Shown: positions 61,147-64,000 of the stretch, one piece after another
Layout of the letters: the number at the start of each line of letters is the position of its first letter
How positions within the stretch are numbered: the first letter of the stretch is position 1
NCBI GenBank assembly: GCA_038087875.1
Contig: CM075989.1
Coordinates: 16,556,001-16,620,000, forward strand
Direction of reading: 5' to 3'
DNA: 64,000 bases
DNA from: Malacoraja senta
Taxonomy: Eukaryota
Notes under the pieces: generated by a model
Database searches by the model: none
The model's input: only the letters and a program-made list of their open reading frames with translations
What the model was told of the DNA's origin: nothing
Program-made: the position numbers and the translations under genes

Positions 61147-62464
61147 GTTCATATTTGGTTGGAGGAGAACATATTAGTGGTGGTGCTCCCATGCACTAAC
61201 TGACGTCTTCCTTAATGGTTGAGTTCATAGGATTGAGAGAAGCTATTGGAGTAGCCTGTGTGTGTAACTACAGTGCATTTTGTATGATACATAAAGCAGT
61301 TACAGTGCACCAGTGGAGAGAATACGTTTCCAGAATGTTAATAAGATGCTAATAAAGCTTTGACCTTTATGATGATGAGCTCCTTGAGAGTTGTTGGAGC
61401 TCAACATTCAAATGAGTGGACCATATTCTACCACTAGCCCTTGCATAGGCAGTGTAAAGGCTTCTGGTATCTGAGGAGAAGCACTTGCAACGACATACCC
61501 AAGCTCCTAGCCAGGTCTTGTAGCCTCTGTATTTATATGATCCATCCAATTTGGTTTCTTATTAAGAGGGACCACCAAGATGTTGATAGTGGGCAATTCA
61601 GTGAGGGGAGTACAACTGAATGTTATGGGTGGATGGCTAGGCTCTTTCTTGTTGGAGATGGTCATTGCAACCATTTCTCTCCCAGCTGCTGTCTGACCTA
61701 TTTAGTTTTTATTTCCGATATCTAGCATCTATAGATTTTTTTTGTTTTTTGAATGATAAGCACTCACATCAGTCAGATAGACATCTGAGCTATGATTCAT
61801 TTTAAAAAAATCTTGCAACTGAACTTTTCATATTGAATAAAAGACTGCCAATGATAACATCTTTTAACGTTCTGCCATGTAATCAGCTTGTGGCAGGAAA
61901 GCACCGTTTATGCCATTCAACATTGTCCTTACCTCATTCTACAAATAAAGGAACGCCTAGATCCCATGCACATTCTCATGGAAGATTGCTGCCCTTCCTT
62001 TTTAACTGTCCCAGTTTTGAGATCCAGAATACGACCTATGTTTGAAGAGGAAACAAAATAGATTATGGAAAATTACCTCCAGAGCTGTTAATTCTGGAAG
62101 CCCAGACTATGGGCTGAGATAAGGTTACATACAACAAATGGTGCAGATGCATCAACAATAATTGCAATAATTTGCATTCATGTAGAACCATTAAGATAGT
62201 AACATGTCCCAAGGTTTTGTCACAGGCTTTATCAGAAACAAAAACAAGATAAAGGAATGATTTAAGGACAAGATGGGCCTAATTGGATTGGAATTTTACA
62301 TTCATCTGGATACAATATTGCATTTAGCAATTTGAAATCATTTTCTTCGTTTTTTTAGATGCTGGGTGTTAGTCCCAATATTGCCAGTGTCAACCTCCTG
62401 TTAATTCATTTTTTGTAGCTTTACCTGTCTATTCTCATCCCCATTTGCCCTCAATTTTACTTAT

Positions 62465-63200
62465 AGAGTCATGGAGTGATACAGCATGGAAACAGGGTCT
62501 TTGGCCCAGCTTGCCCACACCGGCCAACATGTCCCAGCTACACTAGTCCCACCTGCCTGCGTTTGGTCAAAATCCCCCCAAACCTGTCCTATCCTTGTAC
62601 CTGCCTACCTGTTTCTTAAACGTTGGGATAATCCCAGCCTCAACTACCTCCTCTGGTAGCTTGTTCCATATATCCACCACCCTTTGTGTGAAAAAGTTAC
62701 TCCTCAAATTCCTGTTAAATCTTTTCCCCTTCACCTTAAACCTATGTCCTCTGGTCCTTCGATTCACCTACTCTGGGCAAGAGACTCTGTGCATCTACAT
62801 AATCTATTCCTCTCATAATTTTATACACCTCTATTTGATCACCCCTCATCCTCCTGCGCTCCAGGGAATAGTCGCAGCCTACTCAACCTATAGCTCAGTC
62901 CCTGTAATCCTGGCAACATCTTCGTAAATCTTCTCCGTACCCTTTCCAGCTTGACATCTTTCCTATAACATGGTGCCCAGAACTGAACACAAAACTCTAA
63001 ATGCGGTCCCACTAACGTCTTATACAACTACAACATGACCTCCCAACTTCTATACTCAATACTCTGACTGATGAAGGCCAATGTGCCAAAAGCCTTTTTG
63101 ACCACCTTATCTACCTGCGACTCGACCTTCAAGGGACCATGCACCTGCGCTCTTAGATCTCTCTGCTCTGCAACACTCCCCAGAGACCGACCATTCACTG
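62465..63200 (-). mobile_element. CR1-type LINE 3' fragment
   Basis: YKTLVGPHLEFCVQFWAP, LERVRRRFTKM and RTRGHRFKV...FFTQRVVDIWNKLP. Confidence 0.88.
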
Positions 63201-64000
63201 CGTATTGTTTACTCCTTCACATGATATGAGCGTTGATAATGAGGTCATGAATATTGCCAGTGTCTACGATATGAGACGATAAAACTTTATTCATCCCTGG
63301 AGGGAAATTGGTCTATGCCATTTCTGATGATAAATCGAGTAACGATGGCAACGAGAGATGTTCTTCATTTAAGACATTCAAATGGGTTTTTACAGCAATC
63401 TGGTGCTTCATGGTCGATCTTACTGATGCATGCAATTCATATGAGATTTATTTCACGTTTTCATTTAACTTCCTCGGCTTCCATTGAACCACAAAAGATT
63501 CACGGAAACCATTTGAACCCAACTCTCTATTGGAGTAATCCAAATAGTCCTACTCCACCATCCATTCACTAAAGTCCAACAATATATGAAAATCAAAAGA
63601 ACCACGAGTGCTTTAAATTTAAAATAAAAACAGTTGAAGACGGAAACATTAACTCAGTTTCCCTTCCAATAGAAGAGTATTTCCAGCATTTTCTACCCAA
63701 CAATTTGTGTTTTCTAAAGAACTTATTCAGGTCTTTTTTCAATGTCTTCACTGAAGTCTCAACAACTCCCTTCTATTCACTTGTGGCAAGGAAATATTTT
63801 GCTCAAGCTACATTAGACTCTTTTGCAAATCACCTTCTGGTCAATGTTTTTCTACTGCAAACTGTTTCACTCTTCATTCACATCCTTCAAAACTTTAAAT
63901 ACCATTATCAAATTTATGCGCACCATCCTGTATTCCAAACAGGACATCAGATTCTCCAGTCTACTCGCATATCTAAAATTACCTGCTCCTGAAATCATAT

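Overview
Vertebrate genomic DNA, not prokaryotic. The repeat content suggests a cartilaginous fish, probably a skate or ray (inference). The whole window lies inside a large ARNT2 (bHLH-PAS) gene on the minus strand. Six internal coding exons with GT-AG boundaries and compatible phases are visible: 58866-58931, 58524-58609, 44309-44385, 31484-31618, 24907-24981 and 1853-2004. The introns hold many transposable elements: a young 5'-truncated L1 with an intact 1263-aa ORF2, a full-length but decayed DIRS1-type tyrosine-recombinase retrotransposon with intact ITR/ICR termini, two Tc1 elements (one with an intact DD34E ORF), three PIF/Harbinger-type MITEs, CR1, Rex1-like and L2-like LINE fragments, tRNA-derived SINEs, and Penelope-derived short repeats with minimal hammerhead-ribozyme motifs. 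The most unusual structure is a near-identical 2,091-bp direct repeat (6855-8945 and 13555-15645) that abuts both ends of the L1 exactly where a target-site duplication would sit, about 100 times longer than a normal L1 TSD. All family assignments come from motif recognition by eye, not database searches.
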